A stretch of DNA of 63,706 nucleotides, filler included, from Choristocarpus tenellus KU-1152 (GCA_964200185.2; 13 parts of 13 records of this genome joined end to end with filler, not necessarily neighbours in it); one strand, 5' to 3'; numbered from the whole stretch's first letter, positions 12,793 to 25,039 are shown. Numbers and translations are program-made. Notes: generated from the sequence alone by a model not told the origin.

Positions 12793-12971
12793 GGGCCAAA
12801 GTATCTTAGGGGGGGGAGGTGGTTTGTGAGGGGGTGTCCGTTTCGGTCCAGACGAAGTAGAGTGAAAGTATCTTAGGGGGTACGAGTTTTGCCCTGTTTG
12901 TCCATTGGGGCTTGGGTTCCCATAGGTTCTTTTGGCTCAAAGTATCTGGGGGGGGCGATGGCTGTCCAGTT
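12793..12971. mobile_element. Nested MITE ends: C (12793-12859), A (12860-12932), B (12934-12971)
   Basis: Three consecutive AAAGTATCT TIR starts, each followed by its family-specific subterminal sequence. Confidence 0.8.
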
Positions 12972-13071
12972 NNNNNNNNNNNNNNNNNNNNNNNNNNNNN
13001 NNNNNNNNNNNNNNNTTAATTAATTAANNNNNNNNNNNNNNNNNNNNNNNNNNNNNNNNNNNNNNNNNNNN
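12972..13071. other. Artificial contig linker
   Basis: Same 100-bp linker. Confidence 0.98.
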
Positions 13072-13431
13072 CCGTCTCTTCATTCTTAAATTGTTTCTTC
13101 TACAGAATCTTCTTTTACACATGAATAAAAAAGCATATTCTTAACAACGTTGCGAGCAACCTCGTCACAATGGGAAGAATGTCTGCAAACAGGGGCGTAA
13201 ACAGTGCCAGACTGCGAGCTTCTGTTGCCGAGGGTGCATTGTGCAAACCAACCCAAAGATCCACAACACATACTAGTCTGCCCCGTGTGTGGTACCAGAT
13301 GCACACAATTGCAGGTATCTTTCAATAATCCTACTGAATAGCATGGTGGGAAATGTGAAAGATGAAGCAGTCACATTCTTACAACTTACTGTGGAAGACC
13401 ATCAAGTCCAACGGCCCTACTTACACCAGTA

Positions 13432-13660
13432 AAGTCAAAATTATCTTAGAGGGTAGAGTCGCGTCCATTTGGGGGCCAAAATCCAACGTTGCGATTTTGA
13501 TTGATTTTGGCTTTCACATTTGTTAGGAGATCTCGATATCCTTGTTCCGGACACAACCTTTCATAACGTATACATTTTACCTACTCCGAAACATTTTGGA
13601 GTAGGGAAAATGTCATTAAGAACCAGTGGGAAGTTAAGCCCCAAATGGACAAACAGGGAT
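13432..13660 (-). mobile_element. MITE family A (one end truncated)
   Basis: Matches family A internal palindrome and one TIR. Confidence 0.85.
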
Positions 13661-14125
13661 AACACATGCGAGGATGAGGGCCACACAACAACTTCTCTAT
13701 TGCAACATACTCCCTCTTTCCCATAGGTCTGGGCCACTAAGTTGTAGCTCTTCGGGATGATCTACGATTACAAACGGATTTTTGTGTTGGATAACTTGGA
13801 ATATTTTACAGAAAAGACTAAATTTTAAAGAATTCTGCAAAGAATTCTGTTCTGAAATTGTTCCGAAAGAATGAAACACAGAATGGGGCATATTCTTATC
13901 ATTTTTTTATGTTCCTTCTGCAGTGTGGAGTCGCACAACACTCTCACAACCCCCCTGGTGAGCGGCCGCAGCCCATCATCTTGGGGAAAGAACTGCGAGA
14001 TGACCGAGGAAAGTCGGACTGCACTTGCTCTACGTTACGCATTGGGTCTTCCTGTGGGTCACAAGAGGCTCCTCGCAGGTGTGGCATCTAAATTGGCGAA
14101 ATAGTTTGGAGCGGGAGAGAGATGC

Positions 14126-14330
14126 CCTAGACCGGTGCGGGCGTGCATCAAAGAACAGTTAGACAGGGGGAATACCATCTCCTTGAAATCACGAGCACAA
14201 TCTGGACGGTTGTTGGACTATATGCCACCCTAGACCAGTGTGGGCGTGCGTCAAAGAACAGTTAGACAGGGGGAATACCATCTCCTTGAAATCATAACCA
14301 CGATCTGGACGGTTGTCGGACTTTATGCCA
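14126..14330. repeat. Tandem duplication, 2 x ~102 bp
   Basis: CCCTAGACC...AAAGAACAGTTAGACAGGGGGAATACCATCTCCTTGAAATC...ATGCCA repeated directly. Confidence 0.9.
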
Positions 14331-14496
14331 ACGAAATAAGCGAAGATCCAGGAAATCAACACCAGTAATTGCTGCTGACTATCGCCAACTTTCCACCAAG
14401 CTCGCAAAATCAGATCTCTCAGTCGGCAGCTCAAAGCTTCATCGCTGGCTCGAAGCCTTGGGAGTAACAAGGGCTTAGTGACTCGTCACCCGTAGC

Positions 14497-15244
14497 CTTT
14501 CGTTTTCTCACAAGAAGAACAGGGTGGACTTCATCCTCGACCAGATCTCCCGCAACCGCAAAACCTACAGGACTGGCCTCAACACTATTCACATCGACAA
14601 GGCATGGTTCTACCTCATCCACGGACGAGAGACGGTGCGCATGTTCCTGGGGGAGGAAACAGTGGGCTCGACGAAGGTGCAGCACAAGAGTCACATTTCC
14701 AAAGTGACGTTCATCTCTGCCGTTTAGTGCCTTGTTCCTTCCCATGATTTCAACAGCAAGATCGGGATCTGGTAGGTTTGCGTCGTGAAGGAGGCCCAAT
14801 GGACTACAGTATGGCACACAAAGGGCGAGGAGTACAAGGTCGATGTTACCATTGACACTGAGTGGTACCTGGAATGGTACATGGAGCAGCTGTTGCCAGC
14901 AATCCAGGAAAAAATACTGTGGCTGGAATCAGGGGGGGCCTCCATACAACAGGACGGCACGGCCCTGCATATGGGCAAGAGCACAGAGTGTAGAAGCTGA
15001 ACGCAGCAGGGATGGAAGAGGCATTGAACAATAAGCCCGTGACACAGCCATTGCAGTTGGCAAATCTCAACATCAATGATTTGGGGTCTTTGCATCTCTG
15101 AAGAGCAGGGTTTGGGCGGAATGTTACGGTATCGTTGATGAAGTTGTAGAGGAGGTTTCAAGCATGTTCCACGCGTACGACGCAGACACACTTGAGAGGG
15201 TGTGGCAGAGTCTGTTTAAGAGGTACAATCAGGTGTTAAGGGCG
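14497..15244 (+). pseudogene. Mariner-like (DD39D-type) transposase catalytic-domain remnant
   Basis: IHIDKAWFYL (HIDEKWF), HKSHISKVTFISAV, KIGIW, IQQDG, QP...NLNINDLG; about 40 codons between D2 and D3; stops and frameshifts. Confidence 0.88.
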
Positions 15245-15249
15245 ATGGG

Positions 15250-15632
15250 GAGGGGGGGGTCTACACTAAGGGTGTCCATTCGGGCCCTGAATAGGAGAAG
15301 TGCACTTACATTATCCATCCGATGCATGCAACCAAATTGACCCAAAAATTGTGACGTGGAAAAATGGGGCCCAAATGGACAGCTGCCACCGAGTGAAAGT
15401 ATCTTAGAGGGTACGAATTTTGCCCTGTTTGTCCATTTGGGGCTTGGCTTCCCATGGAGTACTTGTATGACGCCTTCCTACTCCAAGATGTTTCGGAGTA
15501 GGTAAAATGTGTTACGTCATGAAAAGGTGCGTCCGTAACAAGGATATTGACACTTCCTAACAAACAGAATACTCAAAACTACATCAAAATCGCAACATTG
15601 GATTTTGTCCCCTAAATGGACGCGACTCTACC
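15250..15632 (+). mobile_element. MITE B fragment (15250-15390) with MITE A inserted at 15391, running to contig end
   Basis: B body breaks at GCTGCCACC, followed immediately by GAGTGAAAGTATCTTAGAGGG. Confidence 0.85.
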
Positions 15633-15732
15633 NNNNNNNNNNNNNNNNNNNNNNNNNNNNNNNNNNNNNNNNNNNNTTAATTAATTAANNNNNNNNNNNN
15701 NNNNNNNNNNNNNNNNNNNNNNNNNNNNNNNN
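15633..15732. other. Artificial contig linker
   Basis: Same 100-bp linker. Confidence 0.98.
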
Positions 15733-15796
15733 CGCTCCAGTTTTGCGTGCGAGTGCGGTTTAAGTATTGGAGAATATTTTGAGGCGTATGTATATA
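15733..15796 (+). repeat. 64-bp inverted repeat, left contig end
   Basis: Reverse complement of 19085-19148 with 2 mismatches. Confidence 0.92.
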
Positions 15797-15831
15797 CCCT
15801 TGAAGACATCAACCATTCCATCCAGTGAAGT

Positions 15832-16172
15832 GGGGCCAAATTGCAATGTTACGATTTTGATGTGATTTTGGCTGTCGTGTTTGTTAGGAAGTGTCAGTAT
15901 GGTTGTTCCAGACACATCTTTTCAGAGCGTGTACATTTTACCTACTCCAAAACATTTTGGAGTAGGAAAATATCATAAAAAGAACATGGGAAGCCAAGCC
16001 TCAAATGAACAAGCAGGGCAAACTCGTACCCTGTAAGATACTTTCACTCATAATTTTTTTTCTTGATTTTGTTGCATGCGTTGGATAGATAGTGTAAGTG
16101 CACTTCTCCTGGTCAGGGTTCGAATGGGCACCCTGGTGTAGACCCCCTCCCACCCCTCCAGATACTTCGTCC
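15832..16172 (-). mobile_element. MITE A (15832-16049, one TIR missing) abutting MITE B fragment (16050-16172)
   Basis: A end AGATACTTTCACTC followed by reverse B body ending CAGATACTTCGTCC. Confidence 0.8.
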
Positions 16173-16599
16173 AACATTCTCTATAGAAAAAGGGTGACAC
16201 GCAAAAATGAAAAATGTGGTTCAAAACCTAAAATGACCAAAACCTGGGTACCTCTCGTCTGCTTTGGCTTAGAGTCTAATTGTGGTCCACTGGATCCAAC
16301 AACAACAAGAGATGTACCGAAGTAGATTCAAGAAAACTAAACGCAAAATTGAAGAAAAATACACTGAGAAATCAGTAGAATTTTGCGCACATTGACTGAT
16401 CGTGGTGGATGCTGTGGTAGCTTGGGATGGCTCAGCTCCTGCTTGGCGTGGTATACATTAGCTATGATGTTAAATGGTACCACCTCACCAAACTAAAGCC
16501 TGCTGGGCAGCTATTAACAAGTTGTTTACCACATCTCTTGGTCTGGTGCTGCTGTGCCCCATCCCTCTATCGCAATCCAAACTTCTGAGGGTCAACTTG

Positions 16600-17960
16600 T
16601 AGGCGCATTCACAAGTACCTCAAGATGGAAACTGAGAAGATCTAAACAAATTAAGAGTTCTTTTGAGGCACCAAACAAGAGCATGCATCATTGGGATGGG
16701 AATGGGAAGGGAATGTTGCATAAGCATTAAGAAGAAGAGACCTATTGGAGGAAAGAAATAGGGAACAGTTTTCTACTGTGCATGGTTATGATAAGGAGAG
16801 AACCTTCCAATAAGAATGTTGTATGAGAATTGTCACGTTGACATGAAGCCATGTGCAGAATGATTGCCCTGGGGTGTACGCGACGTCTCTGCCTCCAGGA
16901 AAAAAAAGGAGTCGGTACGTTTTTTCTTTATGTTTTCTCCTCCCCTGGATCCCCAAAGTGACACTCATTTGATACCATTTGGTGCGTTGATGGTGAGAGA
17001 AGGAGATGCGTTTTCTTTCCTTGTCCAATTTCTTTGATCTGCATATCGAAGTAGATGCACCTCACGGTGAGGTGCATGATTACTGGTAATGGTTCAAATC
17101 AATGGCAGCTCATAACCATTAGAAACTTAGAATTCAGCATTTTGGTGTACTGAACTTACAGAGTCCTTACTCACTTACATATTTTGCTTAGTCATTTTTG
17201 TAACTATCCATTCCCTTTTCGATTCCGCCTGTTCATACTAACTTCTGAATCAAACAGCGAAGAATTTTCAGAGCGAGAGGTCTATTATGTATTTTGTGAT
17301 GCATCCATGGCTGTTCTTCAGGAATCATCATCAGTCAGCATATCAAATTAGGGCATAGAGGGCAATAAGTCATCCCACAGGTGAGTTTTCCTCGGTCATG
17401 TAAAACTCCACCTCACTCCACCAAAACACTGTCCTTCAATGGAAAAAACTTTGCACTCTCCTCCAAAAAGATTCATTAGCACTCTTATCACTAAAGGCAA
17501 AACAATGGATATCTGTCACGTAGGTATCATATCAACTAGCCCCTTATCCATCCAAACCCTCTTGTTACTGAAATGTAGGGAGAATTTCTTTTCAAAAATA
17601 TGACACTTTTTTTTCAAGACAGTTCTGTTCTGAAAATAGAAAATATCCTCCAACTCGCTGCTATGTGGTATAGGGCAGAAGAACGATTCATTCCTACTCA
17701 AACAAACACGTACCTACCTAACTGGATTATATTTATTAGAGTACAACTCGTGCATCTACAAAGCGTGCTCCAATACGACCACTTTGATCCATCTTGCTCC
17801 AAAAAGGCAACTGGTTCACAAAATCATTATACAGTGAAGGGGAGAAAAAAAAAATGTTTTGTTGTTGAGAACCTTCGGCCAGCAATAGTAACCTTACAAC
17901 CAAAAGCAGATCCTAACAAAACACAATACAGCAGGGCTTTAGATCGGACCAGCAAATTAA
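16600..17960 (+). pseudogene. Possible hAT-like (hATm-type) transposase relic
   Basis: KQIKSSFEAPNKSMHHWDG (~16645-16700) and AMWYRAEE (~17660) resemble HWDGK and HLWYLSEE motifs, in the expected order; the rest is unrecognisable. Confidence 0.35.
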
Positions 17961-19084
17961 AAAAGTTCCTTCCACTGATAATGAACTTCTCCATGTCCAT
18001 GTCTGGACCCGGTCCATGTCCGGATGGATGAGGTCAAACATTCTCCGACATGCCTGGACTATGTCCACAGTGTATTGTACCAGCCCATGTCCACCAGCCA
18101 TCCACCTTAATTTTTTTCGATGCATGCCCTGACCTTGGCAGCCGCCATTAAAAAAAAATCACCTCACACAAATAACAATTGGCATGTCCAGACCATACAC
18201 ACTACGTGCTCTGCAATTGTGAATGTGAGACATTCAAACACACAGATCACGAAATCACCTGATACAAATAACAATTCATTGGCACAAATCTATAATTAAT
18301 TTATCCTAAATGAAAAACTACAAATTAAAAAATTGGTCTATGTAAATATATTATTTTGTACTTAAGAGTGGCATGATACAAAAACATAAGAAAACAGAAA
18401 CAAATAAGATACAATAAATATCCGTAAACTCATCCATAAAAAATATTACCTAACAGATCACACTTAAAATATTCGAAAATGAAGGAGTCCATGTCCATTG
18501 CTTACTCAACATGATTATAATGACTAGCCCACCAATAACAACAAAGTTCGAACATTATATGTTTACCGTTACAACTTGACTGGAGACCCCCACACCCCAA
18601 CATCAGAAACATAAACAGCTGACACCCTACGTGTATATTTGGATGAAAAACCTTGCAAAACACATTTTGACATCAATCATTGTCCCAAATTAGGTGGGGC
18701 TACAAAGTAGTTCCAGATAACAAACTTTGTAATCTACTGCTTTATACTCCAACTTTGAGGCTGAAGTTAATAGTAGCACTTGGTGCATAAATATAGTACT
18801 GGAGTATATCCATCTTACAATGCACTAACATGTGACCAAACAGACTGGTAGAAACAAAAAAGACTAAGAAGAGATGTCATCGATCTTGGTAGAAAATGGT
18901 ACGTTCGTTCGTACATTATCTATTAGACCACTATGACAAGGAATTGTCCAGGTCCACCCGAATCATTTTTCCCTTGAAGAGCAACACACATGCGACTCCC
19001 AGGCCTTTGTGTAGTTACCTTCTTTTTTCAATATTAGACAAAACATGAGTACATGCATTCACAAGTGCAAAATGCTTTTGTCAT

Positions 19085-19148
19085 TATATACATATGCCTC
19101 AAAATATTCTCCAATACTTAAACCGCACTCGCACGCAAAACTGGAGCA
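19085..19148 (-). repeat. 64-bp inverted repeat, right contig end
   Basis: Reverse complement of 15733-15796. Confidence 0.92.
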
Positions 19149-19248
19149 NNNNNNNNNNNNNNNNNNNNNNNNNNNNNNNNNNNNNNNNNNNNTTAATTAA
19201 TTAANNNNNNNNNNNNNNNNNNNNNNNNNNNNNNNNNNNNNNNNNNNN
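19149..19248. other. Artificial contig linker
   Basis: Same 100-bp linker. Confidence 0.98.
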
Positions 19249-19293
19249 CCCAAATGGACAGCCACCACTCCCCCCCCCCAGATACTTTGACCC
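19249..19293 (+). mobile_element. MITE B right end
   Basis: CAAATGGACAGCC-polyC-AGATACTTTGACCC at contig start. Confidence 0.75.
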
Positions 19294-19657
19294 ATCAAAT
19301 AGACGATAGCCATATGGAAGGCACCTGTCACAGGATAAAACTGCAATTCCTAACACACTGAAAGAAATTCCGTTGTGTTGCAAAACTTAACACGAAGCTC
19401 TGACTTGCCACCAACAATGACACTTGCTTCGCACATTTTTTGCAATCATTTCCAGTTGCGTGAAAAAAATCCCTACGTAGTACAACTTCAGAGGGTGCAC
19501 TATTAAATACCCCGAGTAGTCACTTGTAGTGCAATATCACAAACTACGGTGTACTTTTAAACAAGCAAGTCAATCGCCTTTTCGACACAGGAGTGCAGAG
19601 GTCCCTCCTCATTGATCCTAGGGCATTTCAATTCCCAACTGGCTCTTCATCCCCCTT

Positions 19658-19753
19658 CTAATCTTCTGTGAGCCACAAGTCCTCCAGAATATTTTCAGGA
19701 AGAGGTCTATCATCAGCATTGAGAGATAGCATCCTCTGGAGAAGGTCTATAGC
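19658..19753 (-). CDS. Ser/Thr protein kinase, terminal exon (subdomain XI)
   Basis: cacgcag|AIDLLQRMLSLNADDRPLPENILEDLWLTED*; in phase with exon 21299-21478. Confidence 0.85.
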   Translation of the reverse strand, partial: AIDLLQRMLSLNADDRPLPENILEDLWLTED

Positions 19754-20725
19754 CTGCGTGAGGAGGGAAAGCAGGAGACCATCAAACAGGCAAAATGACA
19801 TGCATCTATGAATGTCTTGTGGAAGTATTACAAAATATTTAATGATGGCCAATAAAATGATGGATGTGGCGGAAATGGATGAGGGAGCAGGGTTGGGGTA
19901 GGGACAGAGGTTAAAAACCCATGCTACTGTCATTTCAGAGGGAGGTGATATGCCATAGAGAGATTGTGCACACTACATAATTCAACCCTACTGCATTGCC
20001 CCAAACGCAAAGCGTACCACGAGAATTAATCTCTGAGTTGTTTCCTCTCTTAAAACCAAACCGGCATTGTGGTCCATATCTTGTCGGGCCACCAAAGGTC
20101 AGGTTAGAGTTCAACATGCATTTTGTACAAGATGATGTCAGATAACTTGGCGTTAGAACTTTCATTGAGCAGAAGTTAGGTTGGGTGCTTGACAAGTATA
20201 TGCCCATTTGAGGGGGTAAATGATGTTCAACGTATGATGTACCCATGGTTGAAGGAGACACGAGTGTATGTGAAGATCTATGTTATATTAGGTACTACCT
20301 ACATGTTATCCAGAGTGTACAGGCACATATGCTACACATGTAGGGTAAAAACATACGATTACCGAAGGGAAAAAAAACAACACACAATTGGAACGCCTCC
20401 CTAAGGTATTGGAGATCTATTTGAGGAATTTGATATTGAATGGGTGTTGAGGGGGCAGGCAGCTGTTCAGCAAGAAGCCTGCGGTGGACACTTTGAGTGA
20501 ATCCAATGGGCGAATACTTATTCCTTGCGCAATACTTGGACTACTCCCTGTGCCCCCCAACACCCCACATGCCTCCCTCCTTGCCCTCCCCGTCCCCATC
20601 ACCAACCTTGCCACTGTTTTTGTTTTCAGCCCACCCCATATCCTTCCCCCTTTACTTCTTTTTCTGTCTAAAGTCTTCCATTGCTACTTTTCAAACAGAT
20701 CAAACTTTGATGTGAAAGAACAATA

Positions 20726-21110
20726 GAGTCAAAGCATTTGAGAGGGTGGGAGTTTGCTCTGTTTGTCCATTCGGGGCATGGCTTCCCACGGGGTTTCTTA
20801 AATGTATATGACGGGAGGGTGTGTCCGGAGCAAGGATATTGACACTTCCTAACCAACACAATAGCCAAAATTAATGAAAGCGCAACGTTGGAGTGAAAGT
20901 ATCTTAGAGGATACGAGGTTTGTCCTGTTTGTCCATTTGGGGGCCATAATCCTTTGTTGCGATTTTGATGTAATTTTGGCTATCATGTTTGTTAGTAAGT
21001 GTCAATATCCTTGTTCCGATACACCTTTTCATAACATATACATTTAACCAACTCTAAAAAAATTTCGAGTAGGAAAATGCCATAAAACCCCCGAGGGAAG
21101 CCCTGTGCCC
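20726..21110. mobile_element. Two MITE A copies: partial (20726-20890) and internally inverted copy (20891-~21110)
   Basis: Second copy starts with the forward left TIR, then switches to the reverse-orientation body at GTCCATTTGG. Confidence 0.8.
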
Positions 21111-21298
21111 TTCCAGCAAGCAAAAATAATTCCCAATCCATGTGGCATTGCACACCCGAGCTGATGATAGATGATGCAGCAAAACTGTGCAGTAAGGAGA
21201 CATAGGCAATGACAGACTTGAGACAAACACACACAATTTATATGTATGTCCTTGTGGTGCATACCTCTGTGCTTTTGTTAGAGGTGCTAAATGCTCAC

Positions 21299-21478
21299 CT
21301 GCTCTGGCAGAGAGGGTACATTAAAATGTTGCAACACACCCCTGACATTTCGCTTGCAAACAATTTCTCTGAAGAAAGAGTCCAACGGAGAGGGAAATTT
21401 CCAGGTCCTCTTCCCTGAGATCAAAGTAAATAGGATGGCACCCACAGCAAATGTGTCCACGGCCACACCATCATAGAC
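21299..21478 (-). CDS. Ser/Thr protein kinase, internal exon (subdomains IX-X)
   Basis: tag|VYDGVAVDTFAVGAILFTLISGKRTWKFPSPLDSFFREIVCKRNVRGVLQHFNVPSLPEQ|gtgag; 180 bp, open frame. Confidence 0.88.
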
Positions 21479-22924
21479 CTACTTGTACAGAAGCAAAAAG
21501 GGAGAGGGGGTTGGGAGGAGAATGCGCCTCTTGCTTAACACAAACAGATAGGACAAGGTACAAGCATAAGGATGTAGACAAAACGTCCCGTTGTGCAAAA
21601 CTGGGGAAGAACAAGTGCAGACGTGTGTAGGTGTATGTGTGTATGGAGCACAGAGTGCCTAGACATATATAAACATTGGTTGCTCTAAGTCATTCGCTTG
21701 ACAAGAAGATCATTAGTGTACTGCTGGATCTATGGCAGCTATAGCATCTGCTAGTGCAGTTCTTTTTTACAGGGCATACTCGAGACAGACTGGTTTTCCC
21801 CACTCTATATTCCCTCTCTGGTCCCGTGCAGCACTAGAAGTTGTACTCAGCCTTATCGCTCAGAGCATCAAGCCACTGTTCAACAGATGCGGCAAAAATA
21901 GGGGAGTGGGGGACAAGGAGTGAAACGAGAAGCTAGACTGCCTCAAAACCCACCATGAGCACTAAATAAACTTGTCCAAAAACAAGGGACAGTGCAGTGC
22001 ATCGATCAAGACATAGATAAACAGGAGCAACAATTCAAAAGGACAAAAAGAAGGGATAATGAGAGAAAAAAATAAGAAAAATACTTGATTTGCCACCAAT
22101 CTTGAAAAACTGCACCACAGAACTGTGCGTAATAGGATTAGGCCTACAATACCCAAGCAGAAGGTCATGGCTTTGCTAGCAGTACCACATGACTCCAGAA
22201 GAAACTGACAACAGTTGTATGGTGTACTTAGATTATGCCATCAGCAGTATACGACACAATGTCATCCCTCCCCATTGATCCCCAATATAATCTGTGGCAC
22301 CTTTGCTTTTAGGTCAAATCTGCACGCCTTTCAATTTTGGAAGTAGTTTACACCTCTATGCCAATTCCACTAATGGATTTCTTTGAGAAGATACCAAAGC
22401 AAGCTCAATAAACTAGGGATGTTCGTGAATGGTTCCTAGCAGCTTTTGTTGAAGGAGTGCGCTAGTTCGATCCTGAGCGAGGTCACTTTTTTAAGGGAAA
22501 TTTGATTTCAATAGGCCATGCGGCAAACAGAATGGCACAGTACAGTGTGCACAGTACAGTGTACACATATAGCGTCCTGTCTGTCACTAAACCATAACAA
22601 AATGATGCCGACAACCCGAATCGTGGTGGAAAGGTATTCTTGTGACCAGTTAAGTGCTGCACAAGATTTGAGGGAGGAGGCGAGGTAATGAGTGGCAAGA
22701 CGACTGAAACCAATACACAAGAAAAATGCAATCCATGAACAGAGCCAGTACAATTACTTGTAGAGCAACAGTAAGTTTTTAGTTAATGAGAACATATGCA
22801 CTGTGTAGTGCCTCTGACAACGGGCTGGGGACAGTTAGGGTCGAGATAGTGGTGATTCCAAGTCCCAGACTATATTAGTACACAAAAACCCCCCATCAAT
22901 ACATCACACCACACTACGACTCAC

Positions 22925-22994
22925 CTCGTTTCTCAACAACTCTGGTGCGCAATACGGCAACTTGGCACGTCTCCCATCTGCAGCGCACATGTAC
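22925..22994 (-). CDS. Ser/Thr protein kinase, exon with APE motif (subdomain VIII)
   Basis: cag|YMCAADGRRAKLPYCAPELLRNE|gtgagt; joins in frame to VYDG; exact acceptor uncertain. Confidence 0.8.
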
Positions 22995-23276
22995 CTGGTC
23001 AGCATATTTTTTTGTCAACATATTTGAGTACTACTACGATAATTATTATTCTTATTATTACTATTGTTGGAAATATTACTAATATCAGAATTTTAGTATC
23101 ATTAGGAAAAATGTTACTTTATTTTTTTATTTTGCTTGGGACCAACCTGAACAGGGGGTCAGATGTGTTTCACTATGCAGTAGCACACTACCCGCCATCG
23201 ACTTTGATACCAACTGATCGTATGTACTTGGGACGAGGGACTACTCAATCCATCAATCAAAAAACGTACGATGCAA

Positions 23277-23581
23277 GATCTGTTACAGGCGCCCCTGAAA
23301 GCTTTCCTCCACAGAATGTATAGCTCCAATCTATAGGCCCATAGATTGGAGGTATACATCCTGTGGAGGTAAGCTTTCGGGGGCGCCTGTAACATGGAGG
23401 TCCTATCGAGACAGTTCCTTTCTTATACGATGATATTGACAATAATCCAAGTGAGAGATCCAGCATACTTGACGACTTGTGCATCACGAGTCCTATACGT
23501 ACATCAGTATTATCTATAAGACCGTAGATTGGAGCTAAACATCCTGTGGAGGTAAGCTTTCTTAGGCGCCTGTAACAGATC
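23277..23581. repeat. Three-armed inverted repeat / foldback
   Basis: 54-nt arm 23281-23334 pairs with 23341-23394 (6-nt loop) and also with 23525-23581. Confidence 0.9.
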
Positions 23582-24939
23582 GCTGTAACTTGAGAACCAC
23601 TGGGGTTACGGCTTCAATTCAAAAGTGCGTACGACCTGAAACCATCTTGGTCTAAGAAAACACCCCAGGCAAAACAGTGATATCGATGTCAGTACCCCCA
23701 GGTAGTCTCTTGCAGTACGGTAGTATCCATTGCCATAGCACACCAACCATCGAGGTCGATTTGGTTAAAACTTGATAGAAATATATTGTTCCTTTGACAT
23801 CTTCTCGGCAGGTTTTTCAAATTCTTGTGTGTGCGTGTGTGTGTCGTTTATTCTTGAAAGGTTAACGGACACTTGCTACTACGAAGGGCCCCCAAGACGA
23901 TTCTCCTTAAGCTCGCGAATGTCACTCCCCCCCCAAAATTATGGAGTTGATAGTAAAATGAAGCATTCTTTTCAATTAAACATCGCTGTGCCTTTGCTTT
24001 AGAGCACACTCAGGGTAGAAGTAGACGCTTTCCCGAAAGAAAAAAGAAAAAAGAAAAAAGAAGAGGGTGTAAACAGAGCCATCCAATGAAGGTAAAAAAA
24101 AAAAAACTCCTGTAGTACGTTTGTAACAGGAAAGAGAACAATTACCGACCCAATAGCCAACCCTAACCCCTTAGGCCGCTTCCCGCTCGGCGACCTTATG
24201 GGCCTAGCGCAGGACCAGACACAACCATTGGCAAATATAGACGAACCCGCCTCGTTAATACTGCAGTGGGAAGGGCTGGGCAAAACTCGTTAACTCCAAT
24301 ATATGATTTTTATTTTTTAAAAGGTGCATCTGTACGGGTTGAATGAAGTGTCTATAGTCTTAGATGCACACTGCTCCTAGATATACACACACACATATAT
24401 ATATATATATATATTTTTTTTTTACTACCATACGAAAATGAAGTGCCCTACCACCAAAAAAAAAACTCTTTGTGTTCAAGTTCCTCGAGTATTGAGGTGC
24501 CACTGCATACAATCAGTAGTGCCTCTTAAGTTACACAACTAACAGTCCTGCGGTGACACTAACAAACACTGAGATCCCTCCTCCACTGCACTCGGGGTAA
24601 GTCAATCACGACTTCATTCCGGTATGTACAATCATCGCATAAATTAAAAAAAAATAAAAGGTCCATTGATGGTACTCCATCCTATTGGAGGAAATAAAAA
24701 CAAAAAAAATCGAAATACAGTAACAGAGAACAAAGAGGTGCATGCCCTGGCACACCACTGTGGCATCTCAATATCTGGCAGAAAAAAAAAAATCGCGCAA
24801 AACCTGAAGAATCGGGGAGAGCATTAATTACAGTCGAGTGAGTCTCTTGCGAAAAAAAAAGGAAACCAAAAAGACATTCCACTTTGTTTTTTTCACAATA
24901 AGATTTTTTTTTTTTAAGGAGTGGGAGGGAGGGAGGGAG

Positions 24940-25039
24940 NNNNNNNNNNNNNNNNNNNNNNNNNNNNNNNNNNNNNNNNNNNNTTAATTAATTAANNNNN
25001 NNNNNNNNNNNNNNNNNNNNNNNNNNNNNNNNNNNNNNN
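24940..25039. other. Artificial contig linker
   Basis: Same 100-bp linker. Confidence 0.98.

Noticed and set aside
20430-20540. Kinase HRD-like exon (VHRRLLAEQL)
   Set aside because: Lies downstream of subdomains VIII-X in gene orientation, so the order is wrong; treated as intron
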